A stretch of 32,000 nt of DNA. It comes from Dickeya dadantii NCPPB 898 (GTDB lineage: Bacteria; Pseudomonadota; Gammaproteobacteria; Enterobacterales; Enterobacteriaceae). The stretch is taken from assembly GCF_000406145.1 (NCBI RefSeq), contig NZ_CM001976.1, positions 3,357,163-3,389,162 on the forward strand. Reading direction: 5' to 3'. Every line of letters begins with the position of its first letter. Within the stretch, counting starts at the first letter, position 1. Below, piece by piece: positions 8,004 to 16,790 of this stretch. The notes beneath the pieces were generated by a model, which was given only the letters and a program-made list of their open reading frames with translations, made no database searches and had not been told where the DNA came from. The position numbers and the translations under genes were made by a program.

Positions 8004-8903
8004 TCATCCTTTGGTACTGCCTGAGGTCAGGCCGGAGACAAAATATTTTTGCAGCATCAGGTAAAGCAGCGCGACCGGCACGGCAATCAGCACCGCGCCG
8101 GCGGCGTAGGTGGTGTAACTGGCGCCCATTTTCTGCGCCACCAGGTTGTACAAGCCGATGGGCAGGGTGTACTTATCCGGGGTGCGCAGGATGGTGCTGG
8201 ACAGAATGAAATCCCCCAGCGGGCCGGTGAAGGAAAACAGCGCCACCACGGCGATGATCGGCTTGGACAAAGGAATAATGATTTCAATGAAAATACGAAA
8301 ATTGCCCGCCCCGTCCATGCGCGCCGATTCATCAAGCTCGCGGGGAATAGCGTCCAGATAGCCTTTCATCAAATAGGTGTTCATCGGGATCATGCCGGCG
8401 ACGTAAATCAGCACCAGCGCCAGATGGCTGTTGATCAACCCCAGCAGTTGCGACAGCACAAAAATGGCGATCAGCGCCGAGAACTGTGGGATCATCTGCA
8501 ACAACAAAAACAGCATCAGGCCGTTTTGCCGTCCCTTGAAGCGGAAACGGGAAAAAGCGTAAGCGGTAAAGCTGACGCTTAACAGCGTCAACACCATGGT
8601 CAGGAAGCTGATTTTCATCGAGTTCCAGTACCAGGTCAGGTAATTGACCTGACCGTTGAACAGATCCGCGTAATGCTGAAAGGACGGATTATCCGGAATA
8701 ATCGAGGTGCTCAGCAGGCTGTTGCCGGCATTGAGCGACGCCCCGACCGTCCACACCAGCGGATAAATGATCACCACGGACACCGCGATAATCACCAGCC
8801 AGGACAGCGAAAGCCGAATCGCCTTCTCGCGCTTGATGCTTTGACGATTAACACCCTGACGATTAACGCGTTGACGATTAATACCCTGAGTCGTCGCCAT
8901 CAT
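8004..8903 (-). CDS. ganG: MalG-like ABC permease for oligogalactans
   Basis: It carries six TM segments and the EAA-type loop (LDESARMDGAGNFRIFIEIIIP). The start is ATGATG at 8903/8900, preceded by GGGGA and 8 nt after the ganF stop. The longer ORF-track extension to 9017 overlaps ganF and has no protein-like sequence. Confidence 0.88.
   Translation of the reverse strand: MMATTQGINRQRVNRQGVNRQSIKREKAIRLSLSWLVIIAVSVVIIYPLVWTVGASLNAGNSLLSTSIIPDNPSFQHYADLFNGQVNYLTWYWNSMKISFLTMVLTLLSVSFTAYAFSRFRFKGRQNGLMLFLLLQMIPQFSALIAIFVLSQLLGLINSHLALVLIYVAGMIPMNTYLMKGYLDAIPRELDESARMDGAGNFRIFIEIIIPLSKPIIAVVALFSFTGPLGDFILSSTILRTPDKYTLPIGLYNLVAQKMGASYTTYAAGAVLIAVPVALLYLMLQKYFVSGLTSGSTKG
8841..8885. repeat. 3 x 15-bp in-frame tandem repeat inside the ganG 5' end
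   Basis: The three units are ttgacgattaacacc, ctgacgattaacgcg and ttgacgattaatacc. On the minus strand they encode QGINR-QRVNR-QGVNR. A degenerate fourth unit (QSIKR) follows. Confidence 0.9.
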
Positions 8904-8910
8904 TTTCCCC

Positions 8911-10218
8911 TTACGCCATCTCATCGTTCTTAAACGACCGGGTCGCCCGGAATTGCCACAGCGCCAGACCGACGACAAAAATCGACAGCAGGATGGTGAT
9001 GGTGGCGGCAATCGCATACTGGGACGACGACATCGTCAGTTTGTAAATCCAGGACACCAGAATGTCGGTGCCCCCGGCATTGGAGCCAGCGACGGCGGGA
9101 CCGCCGTTGTTGAACAGATAGATGATGTTGAAATTATTAAAGTTGAAGGTGTACTGGGTGATGATGATCGGCGCGATTGAGTACAGCACCAGCGGCAGCG
9201 TAATGGTGCGCAGTTGCGTCCAGCGGCTGGCGCCGTCCATGGTGGCCGCCTCGTACAGATCGTCCGGAATGGCCTGCAACACGCCGGTGGTCATGGCGAA
9301 CACAAACGGGAAGCCGAGCCAGGTCTGCATCATGATCAACGCCGTTTTGGTCCAGAACGGATCGGTCAGCCAGGCTTTCGGGCTGATGCCCACAGACGCC
9401 AGAATGGCATTGTTGATGACGCCGAACGAATCGTTGAACATGCCGGCGAACACCAGAATGGTGACGAACCCCGGCACCGCCCACGGCAGAATGAAAATCG
9501 TACGGACCAGCGGTTTAAAGCGCAGGTCTTTCTGGTTAACCAGGATCGCCAGCAACACCCCTACCGTGCACTGCAACGTGGTCGCCAGCAGCGTCCAGAC
9601 CACCGTCCACTGCAACACATCAAAAAAGGTCGAACGCCAGATGCTGAGGGTAAAAATGCTAACGAAGTTCTTCATCCCGACCCACTCCACCAGTTTGGCG
9701 GGCGGCGTGTGGTACAGGTTGTAGTTGGTAAACGCGATGGCGAAACCGAACAGGATCGGGAAAATCACCACGAACACCAGCAGGATGAACCCAGGGGTAA
9801 TCATCAGGTAAGGAAAGCCCTCGCTCAGCAGCAACCGGTACTGCTGCCGCACGCTGTTAAGCGTCAGCCCGTCATCCCGCCGTTTGCCATTGCGCCAGGC
9901 ATCGTTTATCGACACGGCGTAGATCAGTACGCCAAAGGCGATGATCAGCAGGCTGATGATCCCTTCCGCCAGCAGGAAGATGGAGTTGTCGCGCGGCACC
10001 TCTTCCCCCAGGGTGTACACGCCCCACAGGCCGGTACGCAGAAAATCATGAAACACCCCCAGATAGCTGCCGAGCAGCACCAGAAAAATCATGCCTTTCG
10101 CCCACTGGCGGTGATAAAACTGCCCGCCGCCGGGCAGCACCGCGCACAACGCCGCGACCCAGGCGTGGCGTCGGGTGCGCTTTTCCCCGGACAGGGGTTC
10201 GCCGGAACTGATAATCAC
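8911..10218 (-). CDS. ganF: MalF-like ABC permease for oligogalactans
   Basis: The 435-aa multi-TM product has the EAA loop (LYEAATMDGASRWTQLRTITLPL). It starts at GTG, with AAGGAG 6 nt upstream. Confidence 0.88.
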   Translation of the reverse strand: MIISSGEPLSGEKRTRRHAWVAALCAVLPGGGQFYHRQWAKGMIFLVLLGSYLGVFHDFLRTGLWGVYTLGEEVPRDNSIFLLAEGIISLLIIAFGVLIYAVSINDAWRNGKRRDDGLTLNSVRQQYRLLLSEGFPYLMITPGFILLVFVVIFPILFGFAIAFTNYNLYHTPPAKLVEWVGMKNFVSIFTLSIWRSTFFDVLQWTVVWTLLATTLQCTVGVLLAILVNQKDLRFKPLVRTIFILPWAVPGFVTILVFAGMFNDSFGVINNAILASVGISPKAWLTDPFWTKTALIMMQTWLGFPFVFAMTTGVLQAIPDDLYEAATMDGASRWTQLRTITLPLVLYSIAPIIITQYTFNFNNFNIIYLFNNGGPAVAGSNAGGTDILVSWIYKLTMSSSQYAIAATITILLSIFVVGLALWQFRATRSFKNDEMA

Positions 10219-10236
10219 ACGCTGCTCCTTCTAGTC

Positions 10237-10256
10237 GCGGGAGGTCGCCCTCCCGC
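10237..10256 (-). other. GC-rich intercistronic stem-loop between ganE and ganF
   Basis: The structure is GCGGGAGG-tcgc-CCTCCCGC (8-bp stem) with no U-tract. It is positioned like the malE-malF REP hairpin that protects the binding-protein mRNA segment. Confidence 0.5.
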
Positions 10257-10291
10257 TCGGTGTGGCCTACTGCGTTAACGGATGACGGTTA

Positions 10292-11539
10292 TTACTGATT
10301 GCTGGCCTGCATCGCCTCGACCTGCATCTTGATTTGCTTCACGGCGTTATCGAGCGCCGCTTTCGGCTCCTGTTTGCCGGTCATACTCAGCTCCAGCGCC
10401 GCGTTGGCCGGCCCCCAGACTTCGCCCATTTCCGGAATGCCCGGCATCGGCACGGCTCTGGCGGCCTGGATGGCGACCGCGCTGGCCTTCTCGTCGTTTT
10501 TAATCAGCGGATCGTCAATCATGCTTTTTTGCGGCGGGATCTCGCCGGTGCGTTGATAGCGGACCTTCACGTAGCGCGGCTGGTTGATGAACTCGATAAA
10601 CCGTTGCGCCAGCGCGTTGTCCTTGCTCCAGGTCGATACCACATACCCTTTCACGCCAAGGAACGAGCTCATCGGTTTGCCGTCCGGCAGCAGCGGCAGC
10701 GGCGCCACGCCGTAATGAATGCCGGCGGCTTCGTAAGGCTGGAACGCCCAGGGGCCGTTGATCACCGCTGCCGCTTTTTTCTCGGTGAACAGCGAATCGA
10801 TGGCATTTAGCCCGTTATCGCCGATGATCCCCGCCGGGAACAGCTTGTCGGCGTAGAATTTGCGCAGCAGCGTCACCGCTTCCACCGCGCCCGGCGTGTT
10901 CAGGCCGATATCCAACGGGTTGAGGCCGCCTTTGTCGTTTTTGCCGGGGTCTTTTTTACCAAAGATATAGCCGCCCATCGGCCCGATCGCGCCCCAGCTG
11001 TAGTAGATCTGATCGAACTTCGCCAGCAGCCCGAATTTGTTCTGCGCCTGCTGCTGCCGGGAAAAGTCATACCACTCCTGCAGGCTGGCCAGCGGTTTGC
11101 TCACCTGATCTTTGTTGTAAATCAGCACCAGGGTTTCCACCGCTTTCGGCAGACCATAGACCTGGTTGTTCATGCGAAATGCCGCCATCGACGCATCGGT
11201 GAAGCTGTCTTGCTCGGCCTTATCGAGCTTCAGCGGCGCAATCAGCCCCTGCACCACCGCGCCGCCCAGTTGATCGTTGGGGATCACCAGCACATCGGGG
11301 CCGATGCCCGCCGGGCCGTCCAGTCGCAGTTTTTCCAGCTGCTGGGCATACGGCATTTCCTGCAGGTTCACTTTGACGTTGAACTGTTTTTCGAAATCCC
11401 CGATGGCGTCCTTGATGCCATCCGATTTCCGGATATCTTCCCAAACGGTCAGCTGCTGCGCGGCATGTACCGGAAAGGCCGCCAGCTGGCCGGCAGCGGT
11501 GGCGGAGAGAAGCAGGGCGGTAAGCGTTTTGGTTTTCAT
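10292..11539 (-). CDS. ganE: Periplasmic oligogalactan-binding protein (MalE/cyclodextrin-binding family)
   Basis: The start is ATG 11539 (MKTKTLTALLLSATAAGQLAAFPVHAAQQ, a signal peptide) with the SD GAGG. The product has the family-1 extracellular solute-binding fold pattern. It is the first gene of the ganEFGAB string. Confidence 0.88.
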   Translation of the reverse strand: MKTKTLTALLLSATAAGQLAAFPVHAAQQLTVWEDIRKSDGIKDAIGDFEKQFNVKVNLQEMPYAQQLEKLRLDGPAGIGPDVLVIPNDQLGGAVVQGLIAPLKLDKAEQDSFTDASMAAFRMNNQVYGLPKAVETLVLIYNKDQVSKPLASLQEWYDFSRQQQAQNKFGLLAKFDQIYYSWGAIGPMGGYIFGKKDPGKNDKGGLNPLDIGLNTPGAVEAVTLLRKFYADKLFPAGIIGDNGLNAIDSLFTEKKAAAVINGPWAFQPYEAAGIHYGVAPLPLLPDGKPMSSFLGVKGYVVSTWSKDNALAQRFIEFINQPRYVKVRYQRTGEIPPQKSMIDDPLIKNDEKASAVAIQAARAVPMPGIPEMGEVWGPANAALELSMTGKQEPKAALDNAVKQIKMQVEAMQASNQ

Positions 11540-11550
11540 TATCGACCTCA

Positions 11551-11565
11551 TGTGAAGGTATAACA
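11551..11565. promoter_or_regulatory. Candidate GanR operator in the ganE leader
   Basis: TGTGAAGGTATAACA matches lac O1 at 12 of 15 positions and the ganL site at 12 of 15. It lies 2 nt upstream of the ganE SD. Its reverse complement contains TGTTATAC, which recurs at 11658 and 11813. Confidence 0.5.
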
Positions 11566-11705
11566 TTTTTAAGCAAAAAACCTGGCACTTCGCATTGATA
11601 AACGCATCATGGCTGATTATATCTGGCCTTAACGACCCTGATTTTTACCATTGATGATGTTATACGCTACGCTAACCATAAGGATATGACGACAGGAAAG
11701 TGACT

Positions 11706-11721
11706 ATTGTGTGATCACAAT
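11706..11721. promoter_or_regulatory. 16-bp palindrome in the ganE/ganK divergent region (candidate regulator site, factor unknown)
   Basis: ATTGTGTGATCACAAT has the arms ATTGTG/CACAAT and the inner perfect palindrome TGTGATCACA. Its half-site resembles the lac Osym half AATTGTGAGC. Confidence 0.35.
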
Positions 11722-11812
11722 TGCAGAAATGAAACGTGCCGATAGGGTGCTAAAAACAAGGTGGTTATAGTCATCTCAACGTGAAATCGCCGTCAGGTTG
11801 GCCCGCAATATT

Positions 11813-11828
11813 TGTTATACGTAATACA
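11813..11828. promoter_or_regulatory. Candidate GanR operator upstream of ganK
   Basis: TGTTATACGTAATACA is a near-palindrome. Its right-hand 10 nt, ACGTAATACA, are identical to the ganL site. It lies 69-84 nt upstream of the ganK ATG. Confidence 0.45.
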
Positions 11829-11896
11829 CAACCTTGCCGGCGCGACCCGACCCGCCCCTGTGGTCGCCGTATTGATAACCCGTTGAGGAAAAACGG

Positions 11897-13006
11897 ATGT
11901 CCAGCATATGCTTAAAAAATGTCACCAAACGCTTTGGCAAAACTGAAACGCTGCACAATATCAATCTGGATATCCAGGCGGGTGAATTTGCGGTGTTTGT
12001 CGGGCCTTCCGGCTGCGGCAAATCCACGTTGCTACGGATGATCGCCGGTTTGGAGGAGATTAGCGATGGCAAGATTCTGATTGATGACGAAGTGATGAAT
12101 GACGTCGCGCCGGCCCACCGCGGCGTGGCGATGGTATTTCAGTCCTACGCGCTGTACCCACACATGACGGTGGCGGAAAACATGGGCTACGGACTGAAGG
12201 TCAACAAGGTGCCGAAGGCGGAGATTCGCCATCAGGTCGAAATGGTCGCCAAAACCTTGCAGTTGTCTCACCTGCTGGACCGCAAGCCTAAACAGCTGTC
12301 CGGCGGCCAGCGCCAGCGCGTCGCCATCGGTCGAGCCATTGTGCGTAACCCGAAAGTGTTCATGTTCGACGAACCGCTCTCCAACCTCGACGCCGAACTG
12401 CGGGTCGACATGCGCCTGCACATCGCCAAGCTGCATCAGGAGTTGAAAACCACCATGGTGTATGTCACCCACGATCAGGTGGAAGCGATGACGCTGGCCG
12501 ACAAAATCGTGGTGATGAACAACGGCAAGGTGGAGCAGACCGGCTCGCCGATGATGCTGTACTACAACCCGGTCAACCGCTTCGTCGCCGGTTTTATCGG
12601 CTCGCCCAAAATGAATTTCCTGCCCGCGACCGTCGTCGCCTGGCAGCCGCATCAGTTGACGGTGACGCTGACGGCGGAAAAAGCGCTGACGCTGGATATC
12701 GACACCACACCGTTACAGCCCGGCGACGCCGTCACGCTGGGGATCCGTCCCGAACACCTTGGCATTCAGCCGTCGCATCAGGCAACGCTGGCTTTTCAGT
12801 GTGAAGTGGTGGAACGACTGGGCAACAACACCTACCTGTTCGGCCAGTGTTACGGCTACGACGGCGTCAAAATCCTGCTGCCCGGCGACGTGCAGTTCCG
12901 CCCCTGGCAGGCGATTACCGTTGGTTTCGACGCCGCTCACTGTCTGGTGTTCAACGCCGAAGGTCTACGCATCAACGCCGACGCGCCCGTTCCCGGTATG
13001 CATTGA
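11897..13006 (+). CDS. ganK: MalK/UgpC-type ABC ATPase with a C-terminal regulatory (TOBE) domain
   Basis: It has Walker A (GPSGCGKST), the signature LSGGQRQR, Walker B (VFMFDEPLSNLD) and the MalK-like tail FIGSPKMNF. The SD GAGGAAAAAC precedes the ATG. Confidence 0.9.
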   Translation: MSSICLKNVTKRFGKTETLHNINLDIQAGEFAVFVGPSGCGKSTLLRMIAGLEEISDGKILIDDEVMNDVAPAHRGVAMVFQSYALYPHMTVAENMGYGLKVNKVPKAEIRHQVEMVAKTLQLSHLLDRKPKQLSGGQRQRVAIGRAIVRNPKVFMFDEPLSNLDAELRVDMRLHIAKLHQELKTTMVYVTHDQVEAMTLADKIVVMNNGKVEQTGSPMMLYYNPVNRFVAGFIGSPKMNFLPATVVAWQPHQLTVTLTAEKALTLDIDTTPLQPGDAVTLGIRPEHLGIQPSHQATLAFQCEVVERLGNNTYLFGQCYGYDGVKILLPGDVQFRPWQAITVGFDAAHCLVFNAEGLRINADAPVPGMH

Positions 13007-13344
13007 CCGCATCGCCAGCCGCGTCACTGCGCGGGACGGTATCAGACCGATGTCTGTTGCGCCGCGCAGTCGCCCCTGCCGCTCCTCTTCTTCCCCCTCT
13101 TCTCACCCGGTCGTTAGAGATAGATAACCGCGCGCCGAACCGGCACCTGTCAGGTGCAGGCAATGCCCCCGTTCGGTGAGGATAGACACCTTGATGGGTC
13201 ATGGCGTTACGTTCTGGCGAAAGGGGGTTTACCATGCCGGCAACGCGCCGTGAATTACTCACGCACGACGCGTGGAATCGCCCGCCAGACAGTACTCCGT
13301 CGCTACTCTTGTCCCGGTTAATTCGGCCATCGCTTTTATCTGGC

Positions 13345-13370
13345 ATAACTCTTGCTGATAACTCTTGCTG
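13345..13370. repeat. 2 x 13-bp perfect tandem duplication in non-coding DNA
   Basis: The unit ataactcttgctg occurs twice with no gap. Confidence 0.9.
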
Positions 13371-13436
13371 TTGGATGTCGACTGCGTGCACAGCCTGCAT
13401 TGGCGTTCAGGCTGTGTTCCCTGCGCTCTGAGCATC

Positions 13437-13492
13437 GTTTTTGACGAACACTTTTTGACGAACGCTTTTTGATGAACGCTTTTTGATGAACA
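13437..13492. repeat. 4 x 14-bp tandem repeat abutting the amidohydrolase start region
   Basis: The four head-to-tail units are GTTTTTGACGAACA, CTTTTTGACGAACG, CTTTTTGATGAACG and CTTTTTGATGAACA. Confidence 0.92.
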
Positions 13493-13506
13493 CCAAGAGA
13501 GACGTT

Positions 13507-14610
13507 ATGCCCAACGTATTCGATCACTACCGTTACCTGCACACCATTCCGGAACTGGGGTTCCAGGAATTCAAGACCGCCGATTACCTGGCCGCGCAGC
13601 TGGAAGCGGCGGGCTACCGCCTGACCCGCGGCGTCAACGGCACCACCGGCATGGTGGCGGAGCTGAACAGCGGCGCACCCGGCCCGGTGCTGGCGTTGCG
13701 CGCCGACATGGATGCGCTGGGCCATATTATTGACGGCGAGTTCTGTGCCCGCCACACCTGCGGACACGACGCCCACGCCTCAGTGGTGCTGACCGCCGCT
13801 CAGGAACTGATGCGCGACGGCGTGGTGAAGAAAGGAAGGCTGAAGATCCTGTTTCAGCCCGCCGAAGAGCTGGGTACCGGCGCCATCGCCATGGTGGAAG
13901 GCGGCGCCATCGACGACGTGGACATGATCCTCGGCTTTCACCTGCGCCCGGTGGAAGAGTGCCAGTTGGGCGAAGCGATACCGGCGATGCACTATTCCGC
14001 CAGCAGCACGCTGGAAGTCACCTTTCACGGCCAGCCGGCGCACGGCGCGCGGCCGCATCTGGGCGTGAACGCGCTGGAAGCCGCCGCCAACGCCGTCATG
14101 GCGGTGAAGGCGGTTCCGCTGGCGCCGCACCTGACCTGGAGCGCCAAAGCCACCCGGTTTCTGTGCGACGCCGGCGTGACCAACTCCATTCCTGATAGCG
14201 CCACGGTGTGCTGGGACCTGCGTGCGTCCCGGAATGATGCGATGGACGAGCTGAAAGCCAAAGTGATCCGCGCCATTGAATATAGCGCGGCGGCTTACGG
14301 CGCGACGACCGAGATCACACTACTGAAAGAGATCCCGGCGGCGGATATTCATCACGACGCCACCGCCCTTATCAGCGCGGCCATCGTGGATGTGCTGGGC
14401 GAAGCCGGTCTGACCGCGCCCAAAAGCACCGCCGGCGGAGAAGATTTTTTCTTCTATCCGCGTCTCAAGCCGCAGATTAAGGCCGGCTTCTGGGGGCTCG
14501 GCACCAATCTCAAGCCGGGGCTGCACCACCCGGACATGCATTTTGAATTATCGTCGCTGGAAACCGGCGTGCAGGTATTCAAACGCTGCGTGGAAAAGAT
14601 GCTGGGATAA
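13507..14610 (+). CDS. M20D-family amidohydrolase (aminoacylase / hippurate hydrolase / IAA-amino-acid hydrolase-like)
   Basis: It contains HYRYLHTIPELGFQEFKT, ALRADMDAL, HTCGHDAH, FQPAEE and GGEDF, which are typical M20D metal-ligand and dimerisation motifs. The start is either ATG 13507 or the in-frame ATG 13486, which lies inside the last repeat unit. Confidence 0.82.
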   Translation: MPNVFDHYRYLHTIPELGFQEFKTADYLAAQLEAAGYRLTRGVNGTTGMVAELNSGAPGPVLALRADMDALGHIIDGEFCARHTCGHDAHASVVLTAAQELMRDGVVKKGRLKILFQPAEELGTGAIAMVEGGAIDDVDMILGFHLRPVEECQLGEAIPAMHYSASSTLEVTFHGQPAHGARPHLGVNALEAAANAVMAVKAVPLAPHLTWSAKATRFLCDAGVTNSIPDSATVCWDLRASRNDAMDELKAKVIRAIEYSAAAYGATTEITLLKEIPAADIHHDATALISAAIVDVLGEAGLTAPKSTAGGEDFFFYPRLKPQIKAGFWGLGTNLKPGLHHPDMHFELSSLETGVQVFKRCVEKMLG

Positions 14611-14620
14611 TATCGAGGCA

Positions 14621-14650
14621 TCCCCGGCAATACGCCGGGGACATTTATTA
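14621..14650 (+). terminator. Probable terminator of the amidohydrolase gene
   Basis: The structure is TCCCCGGC-aatac-GCCGGGGA (8-bp stem) followed by CATTTATTAT. Confidence 0.55.
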
Positions 14651-14685
14651 TCATGAAAAACACTGACGATCAGGAAAGACACAAA

Positions 14686-15021
14686 TTATTTAACCAGCTT
14701 CCACACGCCGTCTTCCTGAATAAAAGTAAAATTGACGGTCTCTTTCTTGTTTCCAACCAGTGGCAATGACATATCCAGGTCGACATTGCATTGATAGCCT
14801 TTATTTTCACTTCTGATGCAATTCAGCTTTTTTAACGAATTGATTTTCAGCACCATTGCGTCATTAAAAAGCGTACCGACTTTTTGTTTCATTTCCCGAT
14901 TGGTTTGCGCCACCATCTCGTCAACTGCTTGCCCGATATCCTGCTCGGTCGGCTCGCGGCCGCCACATCCCGATAACACCACGGCAACCAACGCACAAAA
15001 AGCAGCCTTATTTATCATCAT
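14686..15021 (-). CDS. Small putative lipoprotein
   Basis: MMINKAAFCALVAVVLSGC carries a lipobox (LSGC). AGGGA lies 8-9 nt upstream of ATG 15021, and the ORF-track start at 15030 is also possible. I recognise no family. Confidence 0.6.
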   Translation of the reverse strand: MMINKAAFCALVAVVLSGCGGREPTEQDIGQAVDEMVAQTNREMKQKVGTLFNDAMVLKINSLKKLNCIRSENKGYQCNVDLDMSLPLVGNKKETVNFTFIQEDGVWKLVK

Positions 15022-15055
15022 CACAGACATCCCTATTAAAAACGTGCATAAACCC

Positions 15056-15355
15056 CTATAAATGCTTATTCAGCAGCAAAGCGGCGTATCTGAATATACC
15101 TGTCGTTTTTCGCGCGGCGGACACGTTGCCATCCTTTGCGGCCAGTATGGTCGCACCGTATACCGTCAAAATGCGAAGAACCGCGTTCAAGCGGTATTTC
15201 GACAGGTTCTCTTTTATCCGGCGATTGGCCTTCGCCAGCCGATGCAATAACCGATATCTGCCGGTCAAACCATCAAAAATAAACAAATCATTCACATTAC
15301 GATTACCGCTGAATAAACTGCACGACGGTATTATCATAAAGCCGCTCAAACACAT
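15056..15355 (-). CDS. Hypothetical basic 99-aa protein (orphan)
   Basis: The ATG is preceded by GGGGAGAG 9 nt upstream. By my hand count, GC3 is about 57% against roughly 45% local GC. It lies 25-34 nt upstream of the lipoprotein gene on the same strand. I recognise no motif, and ORFs of similar length overlap it on the + strand. Confidence 0.35.
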   Translation of the reverse strand: MCLSGFMIIPSCSLFSGNRNVNDLFIFDGLTGRYRLLHRLAKANRRIKENLSKYRLNAVLRILTVYGATILAAKDGNVSAARKTTGIFRYAALLLNKHL

Positions 15356-15669
15356 AGCTATTCTCTCCCCTGCTCTTGCAATGGAACAAAAATCAATCAG
15401 ATAACGATAAAAAACAGATCTTTGTCACATTCATTTTTACAGTATTACGGATATTTCATAAATAAAAATGACATAACTCTCTTTTCAAAATTAGAAAATA
15501 AAATAAATGATATTCACATCAGGTTAATTTTCGAAACAGCGGTTTATTTTTCTCGCCCTTTTTATTTTTTGTTCTATAGTAAGCTCGATACATTCAGGAA
15601 GTACCCGCTTTTATTTATTTCTCTCAACTGAATGAGAGTCAATACCTGTGGGATTTACAAGGAGATTGT

Positions 15670-16704
15670 ATGTTTAAGTATGTAATACCTCTGTGTGCAC
15701 TCACTCTGGCGGCACCTTCATTCGCCGCCCAAACCACACTGATGCTTTCTCAGAAAAGCGATGTGAATTATCTGGGCTGGTCTACCGACGAAAGTAAAGT
15801 GGCGCGTCAGGAAGTTTATCGCGGCACTACCAGCAACCCTGACCTGCGTGAACGTATCGCCGTGCTGGACGCGGAAACCCGTACCTTTAAAGATACCGAC
15901 ACCAATAGCGGCCTCAATTACTGGTACTGGGTGGACGTCGTCAGCGAAAATCAGGCTCAGGTCGTATCAAATGCCGTCACCACCGCACCGAACGCCGGCC
16001 CGCTGCGCGCAGCGAAAGCCAGTTCCGAGTGTAAGCCGGGCGCCACGTTCGAAAACCGGACGGTGGATTGCGGCGGCGTGACCATCGGCACCTCCTGTCC
16101 GAATGACAGCGACAAACAGAAACCGCTGATCATTCTGAAAAACGCTACGGTGAAAAACCTGCGTATTTCCGCCTCCGGCGGCGCGGACGGCATCCACTGC
16201 GACAGCGGTAACTGCACCATTGAAAACGTGATCTGGGAAGACATCTGCGAAGATGCCGCAACCAATAAAGGCAAAACCATGACCATCATCGGCGGGATCG
16301 CACACAACGCCAAAGACGGTTACGGCGGCAAACCGGACAAAGTGCTGCAACACAATTCCAAAAACAGCACCACCGTGGTGAAAGGCAACTTCACCCTGAC
16401 CGGTGAACACGGGAAACTGTGGCGTTCCTGCGGTGACTGTTCCGACAACGGCGGCCCGCGCTTCCTGACCATTACCAGCGCCACCGTCAACGGCACCATT
16501 GACAGCATTGCCGGCGTCAACCGCAACTACGGCGACGTGGCGACCATCAGTGGTCTGAAAATCAAGAATTACAAAGAAGGCAAACCGCCGGTTTGCGAAG
16601 AGTTCAAAGGCGTAGTAAAAGGCCAGGGCTCAACGGAAAAATACGGCGAAAAATGGGACACCACCAACTGTAAGGTTAGCCGTTCAGGCGTCAGCAAACT
16701 CTGA
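15670..16704 (+). CDS. pelI: Pectate lyase PelI (N-terminal Fn3 domain plus PL3 catalytic domain), secreted
   Basis: The 344-aa product starts with the signal peptide MFKYVIPLCALTLAAPSFAAQ. It has an Fn3-like segment (YRGTTSNPDLRERIAVLDAETRTFKDTDTNSGLNYWYWV) followed by a Cys-rich PL3 beta-helix (GADGIHCDSGNCTIENVIWEDICEDAAT...WRSCGDCSDNG). Length and architecture match Dickeya PelI. The SD is AAGGAG. Confidence 0.9.
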   Translation: MFKYVIPLCALTLAAPSFAAQTTLMLSQKSDVNYLGWSTDESKVARQEVYRGTTSNPDLRERIAVLDAETRTFKDTDTNSGLNYWYWVDVVSENQAQVVSNAVTTAPNAGPLRAAKASSECKPGATFENRTVDCGGVTIGTSCPNDSDKQKPLIILKNATVKNLRISASGGADGIHCDSGNCTIENVIWEDICEDAATNKGKTMTIIGGIAHNAKDGYGGKPDKVLQHNSKNSTTVVKGNFTLTGEHGKLWRSCGDCSDNGGPRFLTITSATVNGTIDSIAGVNRNYGDVATISGLKIKNYKEGKPPVCEEFKGVVKGQGSTEKYGEKWDTTNCKVSRSGVSKL

Positions 16705-16761
16705 CAGGGTCGTCTGGCCGGTTGAAACACAACACGGGCTTCCTGGCGTATCAACCAGACA

Positions 16762-16790
16762 AGACCGGGCTACGCGCCCGGTCTTTTTAT
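16762..16790 (+). terminator. Rho-independent terminator of pelI
   Basis: The structure is AGACCGGGC-tacgc-GCCCGGTCT (9-bp stem) followed by TTTTATTT. Confidence 0.85.

Noticed and set aside
11724-11742. A KdgR-box-like half-site, AAATGAAAC, upstream of ganK, and GAAACAGCGGTTTA (15533-15546) upstream of pelI.
   Set aside because: The first has no matching right half (GTTTCATT). The second has a 4-nt rather than 3-nt spacer between AAAC and GTTT, and poor flanks. Neither can be called a KdgR operator from sequence alone.
13201-13431. A 76-aa ORF containing MPATRRELLTH, which superficially resembles a twin-arginine signal.
   Set aside because: No hydrophobic h-region follows the RR motif. There is no SD, the composition is not protein-like, and the ORF overlaps the tandem-repeat and hairpin region.
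15422-15631. A 69-aa ORF in the pelI upstream region, and a 73-aa ORF at 20515..20736 upstream of ydfJ.
   Set aside because: Both lie in AT-rich promoter regions and have Phe/Ile/Asn/Tyr/Lys-biased products typical of random AT-rich frames. Neither has an SD, and the second starts at GTG.
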